DNA from: Acidobacteriota bacterium
GTDB taxonomy: Bacteria; Acidobacteriota; Terriglobia; Terriglobales; Acidobacteriaceae
Direction of reading: 5' to 3'
DNA length: 64,000 bases
NCBI GenBank assembly: GCA_003225005.1
Contig: QIAN01000055.1
Location: 3,275 to 67,274 of the forward strand
The position numbers were made by a program, and so were the translations under genes. This document shows positions 37,996 through 47,776 of the stretch, piece after piece; position 1 is the stretch's first letter, and every line of letters starts with the position of its first letter. The notes beneath the pieces are model-generated. The model worked only from the letters and a program-made list of their open reading frames with translations, ran no database searches and was not told where the DNA came from.

Positions 37996-39964
37996 AATTA
38001 CTCCCCGACGCTGCCATTATCTTCGCGTAAGCCGTGAACGCGAGCAGCGGGAAATACTGCCGGTAGAGGTGATACATGAGGTAGAAGACGCACGGGAAGC
38101 CGGTTCCGGTGAAATACGGTTCATCCCACGATCCGTCTTTCTTCTGCGTGCGCAGCAGGTAGGCAATGCCTCGTGCGACCGAATCGCTGCGGGTGTCGTT
38201 CGCCGCGAGCAATCCCAGGATCGCCCAGGCAGTTTGCGAGCAAGTACTCGGGCCCACACCTCGGGTGCTGGGATCGTCATAAGAACCGCAGGTCTCGCCC
38301 CATCCGCCATCGGGATTCTGCACCATTCGCAACCATTCGGCTCCCTGTTGGATGCAGGGTTCGTGAAGGTCCAAGCCGATAGCTTCCAGTCCGCGCAGCA
38401 CCAGTGCCGTACCATACACATAATTCACGCCCCAGCGGCCGAACCAGCTTCCGTCAGGCTCCTGCTCCTTGCGGATGAATGCTATGGCACGCTTGACGGC
38501 TGGATGGCTCTGGTCATAGCCATAGGTCGCCAGCATTTCCAGGATGCGGCCCGTAATATCGACCGTAGGCGGATCGAGCATGGCATTGTGGTCGGCGAAC
38601 GGAATGTGCTGGAACACCATTTTATCGTTGTCTTTGTCGAAAGAGGCCCAGCCGCCGTTCTTGCACTGCATCGACAAGATCCAGTCCATGGCGCGCTGCA
38701 CCGATTCGCTCTGGTAGCGTCCATTAGGGTGCTCGACCCGGCTCAACCCCAGACACACCATTGCGGTGTCATCAACGTCGGGGTAGAACTCATTGTTAAA
38801 CTCGAAGTACCAGCCAGCCGGCTGCCCGCTCCTGTTCTTTACTTTCCAATCGCCAGCCTTGCGGACCTGCTTTTGCAGCGTCCAGTCGGCGGATTTCACC
38901 ATTCGCGGATCATTCGCGGGCACTCCACTTTCGCCGAGAGCGAACATGGCATAAGCGGTGTCCCACACAGGTGAGGTGCAAGGCTGCATGCGGAAGGTGT
39001 CGCCTTCTTCGATGCCCAACTTTTCGAATTCGTCTAGCGCCCGGATCAATTGAGGATCGTCCGCCGAGTAGCCCAGGCAGCGCAATGCGATGATGGCGTT
39101 CATCATAGCGGGATAGATCGCGGCCAACCCGTCGCTCATCTCGAAGCGCTCGAGCATCCATTTTTCGGCCTTCCTGAGTGCAATCGAGCGCAGGGGCCGT
39201 ATGTGCACGCGCTCAAACCAATGCGTCATGCGGTCGAGGACCAGGAAGAAATTGCGCCACGACACCAGCTTTTTATTCCAGTGCAGGTGCATCCTCGACT
39301 TTTCCATGCCCCCGACGAAGAGCTCTTCCACGCCCATTTCTCGCGGAATCTTCTTGAAGGGCTTTTTGGCGTAGCAAATGGAAAGCGGCACCAGTATGGC
39401 GCGCGACCAGGAAGAAATTTCGTAGATGTTGAACCAGAACCAGTTGGGAAACAGCACGATCTCCGGCGGAATCGCGGGGACCGCATCATAATCATACTGT
39501 CCGAAGAAGCAGAGATATATCTTGGTGAACGTATTGACTTCGGTGACGCCGCCCAGATCAAGAATCTTTTTCCGGGCGCGGGCGAGGGCGGGATGATCGG
39601 CACTGTACCCCGCGAGCTTGAGGCCGAAATAGGCTTTCACTGAAGCGCTGACGTTCGAGGGACCGTCCGCGTAGATGCTCCACCCTCCATCTTCGTTCTG
39701 ATGGCGAAGAATGTGATTGGCCGCCTTCTGGAATCGCTCCTGGCTGCCGGTCCCCAGAAGCATGTGCAGCAGAATGTAGTCAGACTCGAGGGTGGTATCG
39801 GCTTCCAGTTCGCCGCACCAGTAGCCGTCTTCATGCTGCTGCGAGAAAAGATATTTACGGGTGGCATCGATGCTGACGGCAACGCGGCTGGCTAGGTCGT
39901 CAATTTTGCCGAAGCGAAGTTGGGGTGCGGATGTAAGGCTGGACTCGGGGGAGTTTGTATCCAT
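37994..39964 (-). CDS. shc: Squalene-hopene cyclase
   Basis: Track ORF 37994..40045, likely starting at Met 39964, 16 nt after the ispH stop. It has the catalytic DVDDTAM motif (YPDVDDTAMVCLGL) and multiple QW repeats (e.g. QNEDGGWS, QCKNGGWA, QEPDGSWFGRWG, QNPDGGWGE, QKKDGSW). Confidence 0.95.
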   Translation of the reverse strand: MDTNSPESSLTSAPQLRFGKIDDLASRVAVSIDATRKYLFSQQHEDGYWCGELEADTTLESDYILLHMLLGTGSQERFQKAANHILRHQNEDGGWSIYADGPSNVSASVKAYFGLKLAGYSADHPALARARKKILDLGGVTEVNTFTKIYLCFFGQYDYDAVPAIPPEIVLFPNWFWFNIYEISSWSRAILVPLSICYAKKPFKKIPREMGVEELFVGGMEKSRMHLHWNKKLVSWRNFFLVLDRMTHWFERVHIRPLRSIALRKAEKWMLERFEMSDGLAAIYPAMMNAIIALRCLGYSADDPQLIRALDEFEKLGIEEGDTFRMQPCTSPVWDTAYAMFALGESGVPANDPRMVKSADWTLQKQVRKAGDWKVKNRSGQPAGWYFEFNNEFYPDVDDTAMVCLGLSRVEHPNGRYQSESVQRAMDWILSMQCKNGGWASFDKDNDKMVFQHIPFADHNAMLDPPTVDITGRILEMLATYGYDQSHPAVKRAIAFIRKEQEPDGSWFGRWGVNYVYGTALVLRGLEAIGLDLHEPCIQQGAEWLRMVQNPDGGWGETCGSYDDPSTRGVGPSTCSQTAWAILGLLAANDTRSDSVARGIAYLLRTQKKDGSWDEPYFTGTGFPCVFYLMYHLYRQYFPLLAFTAYAKIMAASGSN

Positions 39965-39980
39965 CAAATTCACAGCTCCG

Positions 39981-40982
39981 TCAGTCAGCGGTCGCGCTCG
40001 CGGGAGCGGCTGCGATGGCCTCAACGATCTCCGGCGGTAGGCCAAAGCGTACGTTTTCAGGCATTACTTCCAGTTCTTCCACGTTACCGAAACCCTTGGA
40101 ATCGAGGAATTTCACTACTTCTTCGACTAAACATTCGGGCGCTGAGGCGCCGGCCGTCAGGGCGATGGTCTTCACGTTCTCAAGCCAGTCGGGCTCAATG
40201 TCACTGCAACTGTCGATGAGATGCGCATTTGTGCCCAGATTCCGTGCGACCTCTACCAGGCGGTTGGAATTGGAACTATTCTCCGAACCTACGACCAGCA
40301 GCAGGTCGGCATCCGAGGCCACATGCTTGACGGCGACCTGGCGGTTCTCGGTGGCGTAACAGATATCCTGCGCCGCCGGTCCCTTGATGTTGGGGAACTT
40401 TTTCTGCAGCGCCGCGATGATGTCTTTGGTTTCGTCCAGGCTCAACGTTGTCTGGGTCAGGTAAGCGACGCGGTCAGGATTCGGTACGGTGAGCGATTCC
40501 ACCTGCTCGGGCGAGCCCACAACCTGCGTCACTAGCGGAGCCTCTCCCAGTGTTCCAATGACTTCATCATGATCGTGGTGTCCAATCAGGATGAGTGAAT
40601 AGCCTTCTTTCGCGAACTTCACGGCTTCGACGTGGACCTTGGTCACAAGCGGACACGTCGCATCAATCACGCGCAGACCACGCGCCGCGCTTGCTTCCCG
40701 GACTTCGGGTGAAACTCCGTGAGCGCTGTAAATTACGCGCTCGCCATTGGGAACTTCCTCGACACTGTCGACGAAGATTGCGCCCTTGCCCTGCAATTCT
40801 TCCACCACAAAACGGTTATGGACAATCTCCTTGCGCACATAAATCGGCGGACCAAACGCCTCAAGCGCGATGCGGACAATATCAATGGCTCGCACCACTC
40901 CCGCGCAAAAACCCCGAGGTTTAAGGAGAAGTACCGTTTTGCCGTTGCTGTTTGCCAGATTGTTACTCATCGTTGCAGGCAC
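39981..40982 (-). CDS. ispH: 4-hydroxy-3-methylbut-2-enyl diphosphate reductase
   Basis: 333 aa. Motifs are PRGFCAGVVRAI, YSAHGVSP, DATCPLVTKVH, LIGHHDHDEV and VVGSENSSNSNRL, including the three cluster cysteines. Confidence 0.9.
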   Translation of the reverse strand: MPATMSNNLANSNGKTVLLLKPRGFCAGVVRAIDIVRIALEAFGPPIYVRKEIVHNRFVVEELQGKGAIFVDSVEEVPNGERVIYSAHGVSPEVREASAARGLRVIDATCPLVTKVHVEAVKFAKEGYSLILIGHHDHDEVIGTLGEAPLVTQVVGSPEQVESLTVPNPDRVAYLTQTTLSLDETKDIIAALQKKFPNIKGPAAQDICYATENRQVAVKHVASDADLLLVVGSENSSNSNRLVEVARNLGTNAHLIDSCSDIEPDWLENVKTIALTAGASAPECLVEEVVKFLDSKGFGNVEELEVMPENVRFGLPPEIVEAIAAAPASATAD

Positions 40983-41464
40983 TCTAAGCTTGCTCCTGTC
41001 TTCATTCCAGCGCCCTAAGACTTCAAATAGCCATCATCTTTCGATGTGTACCGCGCCTTGGGATGCGGCAAATTGGGTCACTACATCCTGACCATAGGGT
41101 ACATATATCCCATCGTGATCATTGTATATAAACTATCCGGAAGCGTCCCACTGGTCAACGTAAGCCACAGAAAGTGCGTGGATTAGCAGTGAAAGGCGAA
41201 ACTCAGCAGTGAATGGGATTGCTCGAACGGATTGATGCGCTTCGGTGACAAATCGACGTGGAGTTCACCGTACGAAGCTCTCGCCAGCCCCGGTGAGACA
41301 ATTTGTCATCCGCGACTCGGCGTTTTTGCCGAGACCCTTCGTGATCGTTTCGACATTGAAATTCATTCCTTCGAGCACTATCTGGAAATTTTCAGCCTCA
41401 CCGTTGAACAGCGAGCAACCGGGAAAGTGTCGCACCTAGGAAACGTTACCGGAAGCTGCCACCT

Positions 41465-43213
41465 TCACCCATTCGTTTTGATCATCTGCTCGGCGTGCTT
41501 CCGCGAGGTCTCGGTTAACTTCGCGCCGCTCAACATCCGGGCTACTTCCTCAGTGCGCTCGTCGCCGCTGACGGCTCGGATGCTGGTGCGGAAACGGCCG
41601 GCCGAGTCCTTTTTCTCGATCACGTAGTGATGGTCGGCGAAGGTGGCGATTTGCGGCAGGTGGGTGACACAGAGCACTTGATTGGCGCGTGCCAGCGCCT
41701 TAAGTTTTTTGCCCACGGCTTCGGCTGCGCGACCTCCAATGCCGCTGTCGATTTCGTCGAAGACCAGCGTGCGCTGTGGAGATGATCGTGGGCTTCCCGC
41801 TCTCTTCGCGGGCGAGGGCACCCGCGCCACACTTTCCTTTTTGCTCGCGGTCGAAGTATCGGTTTCGACGCTTACTTTTAGCGCAAGCATCAGCCGAGAA
41901 AGCTCGCCGCCAGATGCCATGTGCTCCAACTGCCGGAGCGGCTCGCCAGGATTGGTCGAGATCATGTAGACAATTTGATCGATCCCCATTGGAGACCAGT
42001 TCCCGTCCTCTTCCGAAGTTGTGATCTCGATGCGAAACGCCGATTTCATGGCCAGATCGTTGATCTCGGCCTCGACCAGTTTTTCCAGCCTGCGCGCCGC
42101 ATCGCCACGCTTTTTCGAAAGAGCACGCGCAGCGCCCAGATACGCAACTGACGCCTTGGTTAAGTCAGCGCGAAGCTGGTGCAGGATTTCATCCTTGTTC
42201 TCGACGTCAGAGAGTTTAGTTGCGACCTCAGCCCCGAAAGCAATCACCGCGTCCAGGGTCGGGCCATACTTTCGCTTCAGGCGGTCGATTAAGGCCAGGC
42301 GGTCTTCGACTTCCGCCAAATGTTCAGGCGATGCCTGAATGCCCCCGGCGTAATCGCGCAGAGTCGCTCCTATATCCTCCACACTGATGCGTGCCGTCTC
42401 TACTGCGGCCAGTGCATCCTGAAACTTGGGCTCGTATCGGGAGAGCTCTTCGATTTGCTTCTGCGCGGCCCGTAACGACGATGAAGTCGAAGCATTGCCC
42501 TCATACAGCAGATCGAAGGCGTTCATGGCGGCGTTATAGATTCTTTCGGCGTTGGCCAAAACCCGCTTCTCGGTTTCGAGGCGCTCGTCTTCTTCGGGCT
42601 GCAGCTTGGCTTGTTCGATCTCACGCTTCTGGAAGATCCACAGATCCAGTAAACGCAGGCGATCCTGCTCATTGCGTTCAAGCTCTTCGATGTGAGCCCG
42701 GATCCCCTTCCAGCGGGCAAACGTCTCAGACACCGACTCCGTCTTACTGCCGGCAAACGCGTCGAGTAGCGATAATCGCGCGGGACCATCGAATGCCAGA
42801 ATGGATTCGTTCTGCGCGTGGATCGTTGCCAAATGCGGCGCCAGTTGCCGCAGCACAGCCACGGTTGCCGGCTGATTGTTGACGAACACGCGGCCCTTAC
42901 CTCCCGTTGCAATTTCCCGTCTCAGAATGAGTGAACCGTCATCCGACTCGTCAAGGCCGTTGGCTGCAAGCGTTTCAGCTAAAGGTTTTTCCGCTGGGCC
43001 CTCGCCCTGAAACACGGCTGAGATCACGGCGCGGTCTGCGCCTGCACGGATCACGTCACTGGAGGCTTTTTCTCCAAGAAGAAGTGCTAGAGCGTCGATC
43101 AGAATGGATTTTCCGGCCCCGGTCTCACCGGTCAACAGGTTCAGACCGGAGGCGAACTCCACTGCCACATTGTCGATGACCGCGTAGTTCTCGAGTCGCA
43201 GTTCAACCAGCAC
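41465..43213 (-). CDS. recN: DNA repair protein RecN
   Basis: Track ORF 41465..43267. GTG 43213 after AGGA gives the canonical (M)LVELRLENYAVIDNVAVEF. It has the Walker A site LLTGETGAGKSILIDAL, a long coiled coil, the signature ASGGELSRLMLALK and Walker B LVFDEIDSGIGG. Confidence 0.9.
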   Translation of the reverse strand: MLVELRLENYAVIDNVAVEFASGLNLLTGETGAGKSILIDALALLLGEKASSDVIRAGADRAVISAVFQGEGPAEKPLAETLAANGLDESDDGSLILRREIATGGKGRVFVNNQPATVAVLRQLAPHLATIHAQNESILAFDGPARLSLLDAFAGSKTESVSETFARWKGIRAHIEELERNEQDRLRLLDLWIFQKREIEQAKLQPEEDERLETEKRVLANAERIYNAAMNAFDLLYEGNASTSSSLRAAQKQIEELSRYEPKFQDALAAVETARISVEDIGATLRDYAGGIQASPEHLAEVEDRLALIDRLKRKYGPTLDAVIAFGAEVATKLSDVENKDEILHQLRADLTKASVAYLGAARALSKKRGDAARRLEKLVEAEINDLAMKSAFRIEITTSEEDGNWSPMGIDQIVYMISTNPGEPLRQLEHMASGGELSRLMLALKVSVETDTSTASKKESVARVPSPAKRAGSPRSSPQRTLVFDEIDSGIGGRAAEAVGKKLKALARANQVLCVTHLPQIATFADHHYVIEKKDSAGRFRTSIRAVSGDERTEEVARMLSGAKLTETSRKHAEQMIKTNG

Positions 43214-43361
43214 GAGCCGTCCTGCACTTAGAAAGTCGAGATGACTAAGTTGAGCGCAGCATAGCATGAAAGCAGTGGCCGGCGGTTAGTGATCGGTGGA
43301 GGGAAAAAGGCCACGGCCGAAGCCGTGGCTTTCCCATGCGACCTCTCCTGGAAAATAGACG

Positions 43362-44075
43362 CTAAACAGCCTTGCGGAGGGTATCGGCGCTGTCGCGCTC
43401 GGAAACGGCACCGACGGTGCAAGTCTTGCAGCCAGCCGCAGCCTCTTTGCGACGTTGGCGCAAGCGGCTCTGGAAAGTATCCCAGCGGCCGCCGATGCCG
43501 ACCGCACTGTTGCTGATCTCCACCGTGTCAGTCCCTGCCGGAATAATTCGATCAGTAGTAGTCGTGCTGCGTTCAATATCGCCCGATTCCGATCCTGCAG
43601 CCCGGCCCAACGAGGCGCTTCCGGTTGTCGTGCAGGCCGGACTGCCTTCCATTTGCTTGGTCGTCGGGGTGATATTGCGATCGGTGCCCATACGATGCAT
43701 CACCGGCCCGCTCTCCCACTTTGAGCGGTAGCGCTTCTCGTACTCTGACCACCCTTGTTCCGACTCCAGGTTTGACTCGTTGTACGGCGGGAAGCTTTCT
43801 ATTTGTTCTTTGGTAAGGCCGACCTCAAAGTCATTTTCGTGTTCCACTGACGCCTTGAGACTATCCGCCGGCACCAGGAACCTCTCACTGGATAGCCAGC
43901 CTCCCGTATCGACTACTACGTAACGGATGAGTCCGGTGGAATGGTCGAAAATCACATCTTCGACCTTGCCCAGCTTCTCGTCATCGACGCCATACAGCTT
44001 CGCGCCGCGGATATCCTCCGCCGCTTCCGAACTGTCTGAAAAACGGTAGTTTCGTAGCAGTCCACAATGCGCCAT
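43362..44075 (-). CDS. PRC-barrel domain protein
   Basis: 237 aa. The N-terminal IRGAKLYGVDDEKLGKVEDVIFDHSTGLIRYVVVDTGGWLSSERFLVP is a PRC barrel, and the C-terminal half is low complexity. Confidence 0.65.
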   Translation of the reverse strand: MAHCGLLRNYRFSDSSEAAEDIRGAKLYGVDDEKLGKVEDVIFDHSTGLIRYVVVDTGGWLSSERFLVPADSLKASVEHENDFEVGLTKEQIESFPPYNESNLESEQGWSEYEKRYRSKWESGPVMHRMGTDRNITPTTKQMEGSPACTTTGSASLGRAAGSESGDIERSTTTTDRIIPAGTDTVEISNSAVGIGGRWDTFQSRLRQRRKEAAAGCKTCTVGAVSERDSADTLRKAV

Positions 44076-44261
44076 GTGTTCCTCCTACCAGATGAAATTG
44101 ACCATCCGCTCGCCTTTGAAAATAAAGATGTGAGCATTTTTTGGATGCCGCGCTTAGCCGAAGGGTATATCGGTGAAAAAAGAGTTTACGGATGGGATAC
44201 GTGTGGAAAGTAGCCGGCCGCAATCATCTATAATCCAGTCAAGGAATTCCTCAGAAACCTA

Positions 44262-44969
44262 ATGCAAATCTTTCCGTTGCTGGCAATCTTCGTGGGCGGC
44301 GAAATCCTGGACATGGTTTCGAACACAGGAGCGGTCGCCAAGGCTGTCCTTCTGATTCTGCTCGCCTTCAGCCTGATCTCTTGGGCCATCATTTTGACCA
44401 AGTGGAGCTTGCTTCGGCGCGCGCGGGTGCAGAGCGGGCGATTTGTCCGGGCATTTCGCAAGGCTCAGCGAATGCAGGATATCGCGGCCGTCGCGGATCA
44501 GTTTCGCCCCAGCCCGCTGGTGGGAGTTTTCGAGGGCGGTTACGAGGAATACAAACGACAGATTGCAAGCAACGCGGGTCGGCTCCGCGTCGACGGGGTG
44601 CGGCGCGGCATGCAGATTGGCGCATCGGAAGAGATCACGCGCCTGGAACGGAACGTGCCCTGGCTCGCGATCACCGCGGCCGTAACTCCCTTCATCGGTC
44701 TGTTTGGCACGGTTTGGGGCATTATTGACGCCTTCCACGGCCTGGGCACAGCCGGTGCAGCTACCTTGCGGGCGGTCGCTCCGGGCATTTCCGAAGCCCT
44801 GATCACAACCGCCGCCGGACTGGCGGCCGCCATCCCCGCCGTCGTCGCCTACAACTTGATAGGCAGCTCGATCCGAGAATTTGCCGCCCGTAGCGACGAC
44901 TTCACGCTCGAAGTTCTGAACGCCGTCGAGCATATCCAGCCGCAAGCAATGGCTGAGGTGCACCGCTAA
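44262..44969 (+). CDS. tolQ: Tol-Pal system protein TolQ (MotA/TolQ/ExbB channel)
   Basis: 235 aa with 3 TM helices. It carries LAITAAVTPFIGLFGTVWGIIDAF and the operon context. Confidence 0.85.
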   Translation: MQIFPLLAIFVGGEILDMVSNTGAVAKAVLLILLAFSLISWAIILTKWSLLRRARVQSGRFVRAFRKAQRMQDIAAVADQFRPSPLVGVFEGGYEEYKRQIASNAGRLRVDGVRRGMQIGASEEITRLERNVPWLAITAAVTPFIGLFGTVWGIIDAFHGLGTAGAATLRAVAPGISEALITTAAGLAAAIPAVVAYNLIGSSIREFAARSDDFTLEVLNAVEHIQPQAMAEVHR

Positions 44970-45397
44970 TGGCCTTCACCACCGCCAATGGGGGCACCCA
45001 GACCGGCCTTGCCGATATCAACATCACACCCCTGGTGGACGTGGTGCTGGTGCTGCTAATCATTTTTATGGTGACCGCACCGGTGTTGCAGTCTGGGATT
45101 GAGGTGAATGTGCCCAAGACTCGCACCGTGAAGGAAATCACGGAAGAGCGGCTGGTCATCACCATCAACAAAGACCAGCGCGTTTTCTTAGGCAGCGAAG
45201 CCATCAATATCAACGAAATTGGGAGCAAACTACGGCAGAAGATTCGCGATCCGCGCAAGCAATTTATTTTTGTGCGCGCTGACGAGAATGTCCCTTTCGG
45301 CGCCTTCGCTACCGTGATGGACGCGGTTAAGCAGTCGGGCATCACCAATGTCAGCATTGTGACCCAGCCTCTGGAGCAAAATGGCGGCAAACGCTGA
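44969..45397 (+). CDS. tolR: Tol-Pal system protein TolR (ExbD/TolR family)
   Basis: 142 aa. It has the motif INITPLVDVVLVLLIIFMV with the conserved Asp, and its start overlaps the tolQ stop. Confidence 0.85.
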   Translation: MAFTTANGGTQTGLADINITPLVDVVLVLLIIFMVTAPVLQSGIEVNVPKTRTVKEITEERLVITINKDQRVFLGSEAININEIGSKLRQKIRDPRKQFIFVRADENVPFGAFATVMDAVKQSGITNVSIVTQPLEQNGGKR

Positions 45398-46172
45398 GAT
45401 TTTCTTTGAGCACGGTCCATGGGGACGCGCATTGGCATGGTCAGTCGGCCTGCATGTGGCGTTCGCCGCGTTCATTGTGCTCTATGCCGTGATCATTCCC
45501 GCGACCAGCGGCCAAGGCTGGGGCGCAGGGGGTGGCGGCGAGGCCATGGGAGTCAGCTTGGTGAGCACCGTTCCATTGCCGGCGAATCCGGCCCCGACGC
45601 AGAACGTCTTGGCCAATGAATCGAAGGGCCTGACGCAGTCACAGCCGAAGGTTGAAGAACAGAAAGAACCGGATGCAATTGATATTGCGGCGAAGCAAAC
45701 CAAGGTAAAGCCCAAGAAAATTGCGGCCGCGACCCATGAAAAACCAAAGCCCGAGCCTGAGGAAGAGACAAACCAGGTTGCCTTTGGGGAAGGCGGACCG
45801 GTCAGCGGGCCCTATGGCACCTTCAGCGCCAACGGGGCTAAGGGCGGTTTTGGCGTAACCGGCGGCGGCGGCGACTTTGGTACGCGCTACGCCTGGTATG
45901 TAAGGGTGATCCAGCAAAAAGTATCGGAAAATTGGCAGAAATATGAGATTGATCCCAGAGTGAGCACGGCGCAGCGGGTTTACATCACCTTCGATGTGGC
46001 CAAAGATGGACATCCCCTAAACGTGCGGATTGAGCAGTCCAGCGGAGTACCGTCGCTGGATGATTCGGCGAGACGCGCTCTGCAACGCATCGACACGTTC
46101 GGGCCGCTGCCTCCGGACTACAGCGGCAGCAAGGTCTCAGTGGAGTTCTGGTTCGACTACAGGAGACCGTGA
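45381..46172 (+). CDS. TolA-like / TonB-C-terminal-domain energy transducer
   Basis: 263 aa with an N-terminal TM helix, a Pro/Lys/Glu-rich linker and a TonB_C-type end (YAWYVRVIQQKVSENW..YITFDVAKDGHPLNVRIEQSSGVPSLDDSARRAL). It sits between tolR and tolB. Confidence 0.65.
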   Translation: MAANAEIFFEHGPWGRALAWSVGLHVAFAAFIVLYAVIIPATSGQGWGAGGGGEAMGVSLVSTVPLPANPAPTQNVLANESKGLTQSQPKVEEQKEPDAIDIAAKQTKVKPKKIAAATHEKPKPEPEEETNQVAFGEGGPVSGPYGTFSANGAKGGFGVTGGGGDFGTRYAWYVRVIQQKVSENWQKYEIDPRVSTAQRVYITFDVAKDGHPLNVRIEQSSGVPSLDDSARRALQRIDTFGPLPPDYSGSKVSVEFWFDYRRP

Positions 46173-46273
46173 CGCGGTGGGTTTAGGCATTCTGATCGGC
46201 CATCTCATCGAACATCGCGATTGACAGCACTCGGCTGATTAAGAACAAAGAGAGTAAACAAGGGACCAGTTGA

Positions 46274-47728
46274 ATGATCAAGCGTGATTTGCAAAGAGCG
46301 ACATATCGCATTACGATATTATCTTGCAGCGTAAGCAATTTCCCAAAATGGATATACGATAAGGTGAAGTTAATTCTTCGGCCGACGCTCAGGCGGCGTG
46401 CCAACGCACTGCCTATTCTGATCGGACTCTTGTTTTGCCTCGCCGTTACTCCCGCCAATGCCCAGGACTGGGTTCGCACCGGCACCTCTCTGGGCGCCGA
46501 AAAGGTGCGACTCGCCGTTCCCGACTTCAAGTCTTCCACCAGCGACGCGCAGAACGCGGCCTTGCTGAAGGCTTTCAACGACACGTTGTGGAACGATCTG
46601 GACAATTCCGGAGTGGTCGAGATGGTCTCCAAGAGTTTCTATCCATTGCAAGTGCCGGGACAGCCTTCTGACGTCACTCTTCCGGCCTGGAATTCTCCCC
46701 CTCCCAACGCCGCCATGTTGGCATTCGGCAACCTTGGGGTAATGGGCGGCAAAGTCACTGTGCAGGGCTGGCTCTTTGACGTAAAGAATACTGGCACTCC
46801 TCAGGTGCTCGGAAAACAATATTCCGACAACGGCACCGAGGAGGCGGCGCGTTTCATCGCTCACAAGTTTGCCGATGAAATCATTTTCCGCTTGGGCGGC
46901 GGTATACCCGGCATTTGTGAGAGCAAGATTTATTTTGTCAGCGACCGCAGCGGCCACAAAGAAATCTGGGTGATGGACTACGACGGCTCAAATCAAAAGC
47001 AGGTAACCCATCAAGGCTCAATCTCACTCTCGCCGCGCGTTTCGCCCGATGGCGCCCGCCTCGCTTTCAGCTCGTTAACCAAAAGCGGCTGGGAAATCAT
47101 GATGTATTCTCTGGATCTGAACCGGATGGTAGGTTTCCCTCACTTGGGCGGCACCAATCTTTCGCCCGCGTGGTCAGCGGACGGCTTCAAGTTGGCGTTT
47201 TCTTCATCACGCTCCGGCACTTCACAGATTTATATCGCCGACGCTTCGGGGGCAAACTTGCATCGGGTGACCGGGAATCGCGGACCGGATGTTTCGCCGG
47301 TATGGAATCGTAAAACTGGATCACAGATTGCGTTCGTGAGTGGCGCCACCGGCCTGCCGCAGGTCTACACTATTGAATCCGACGGATCCAACCAGCAACG
47401 CATGTCCGATCAGGGTTATGCGGTCTCCCCGGCCTGGGCGCCTAACGGACAGTTCCTGGCGCTCTCTTGGATTCGCAAGTATGGTCCAGGGGCACCCGGC
47501 TCTGCCGACCTTTATCTGATGGACATTGCCAGCAAGCAGTGGGTACAGCTCACCCACGATGGCGGGCGCAACGATTTCCCGTCGTGGGCGCCGGATGGAC
47601 GCCATATCGTCTTTCAGTCCAGCCGGTCAGGGAAGGAAGAGATCTGGATGATGCTAGCCGATGGCACCAAGATCCGGCAATTAACTTTTACTGGACGAAA
47701 CACGCAACCCAATTGGAGTTGGAAATAA
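46274..47728 (+). CDS. tolB: Tol-Pal system beta-propeller protein TolB
   Basis: 484 aa. After the N-terminal TolB domain come repeated propeller blades (SPRVSPDGARLAFSS, SPAWSADGFKLAFSS, SPVWN..QIAFVS, SPAWAPNGQFLALS, FPSWAPDGRHIVFQS). The true start may be internal. Confidence 0.85.
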   Translation: MIKRDLQRATYRITILSCSVSNFPKWIYDKVKLILRPTLRRRANALPILIGLLFCLAVTPANAQDWVRTGTSLGAEKVRLAVPDFKSSTSDAQNAALLKAFNDTLWNDLDNSGVVEMVSKSFYPLQVPGQPSDVTLPAWNSPPPNAAMLAFGNLGVMGGKVTVQGWLFDVKNTGTPQVLGKQYSDNGTEEAARFIAHKFADEIIFRLGGGIPGICESKIYFVSDRSGHKEIWVMDYDGSNQKQVTHQGSISLSPRVSPDGARLAFSSLTKSGWEIMMYSLDLNRMVGFPHLGGTNLSPAWSADGFKLAFSSSRSGTSQIYIADASGANLHRVTGNRGPDVSPVWNRKTGSQIAFVSGATGLPQVYTIESDGSNQQRMSDQGYAVSPAWAPNGQFLALSWIRKYGPGAPGSADLYLMDIASKQWVQLTHDGGRNDFPSWAPDGRHIVFQSSRSGKEEIWMMLADGTKIRQLTFTGRNTQPNWSWK

Positions 47729-47776
47729 GACACTTCGTCTGACCTCGACACTTGAGGTCCTTAGGGAGGGAGACTA

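Noticed and set aside
41232-41627. 131-aa and 64-aa plus-strand ORFs in the ispH-recN gap.
   Set aside because: The longer one runs 160 nt antisense into the recN 3' end. Neither has a ribosome-binding site or any motif. The gap (40983-41464) is left unannotated.
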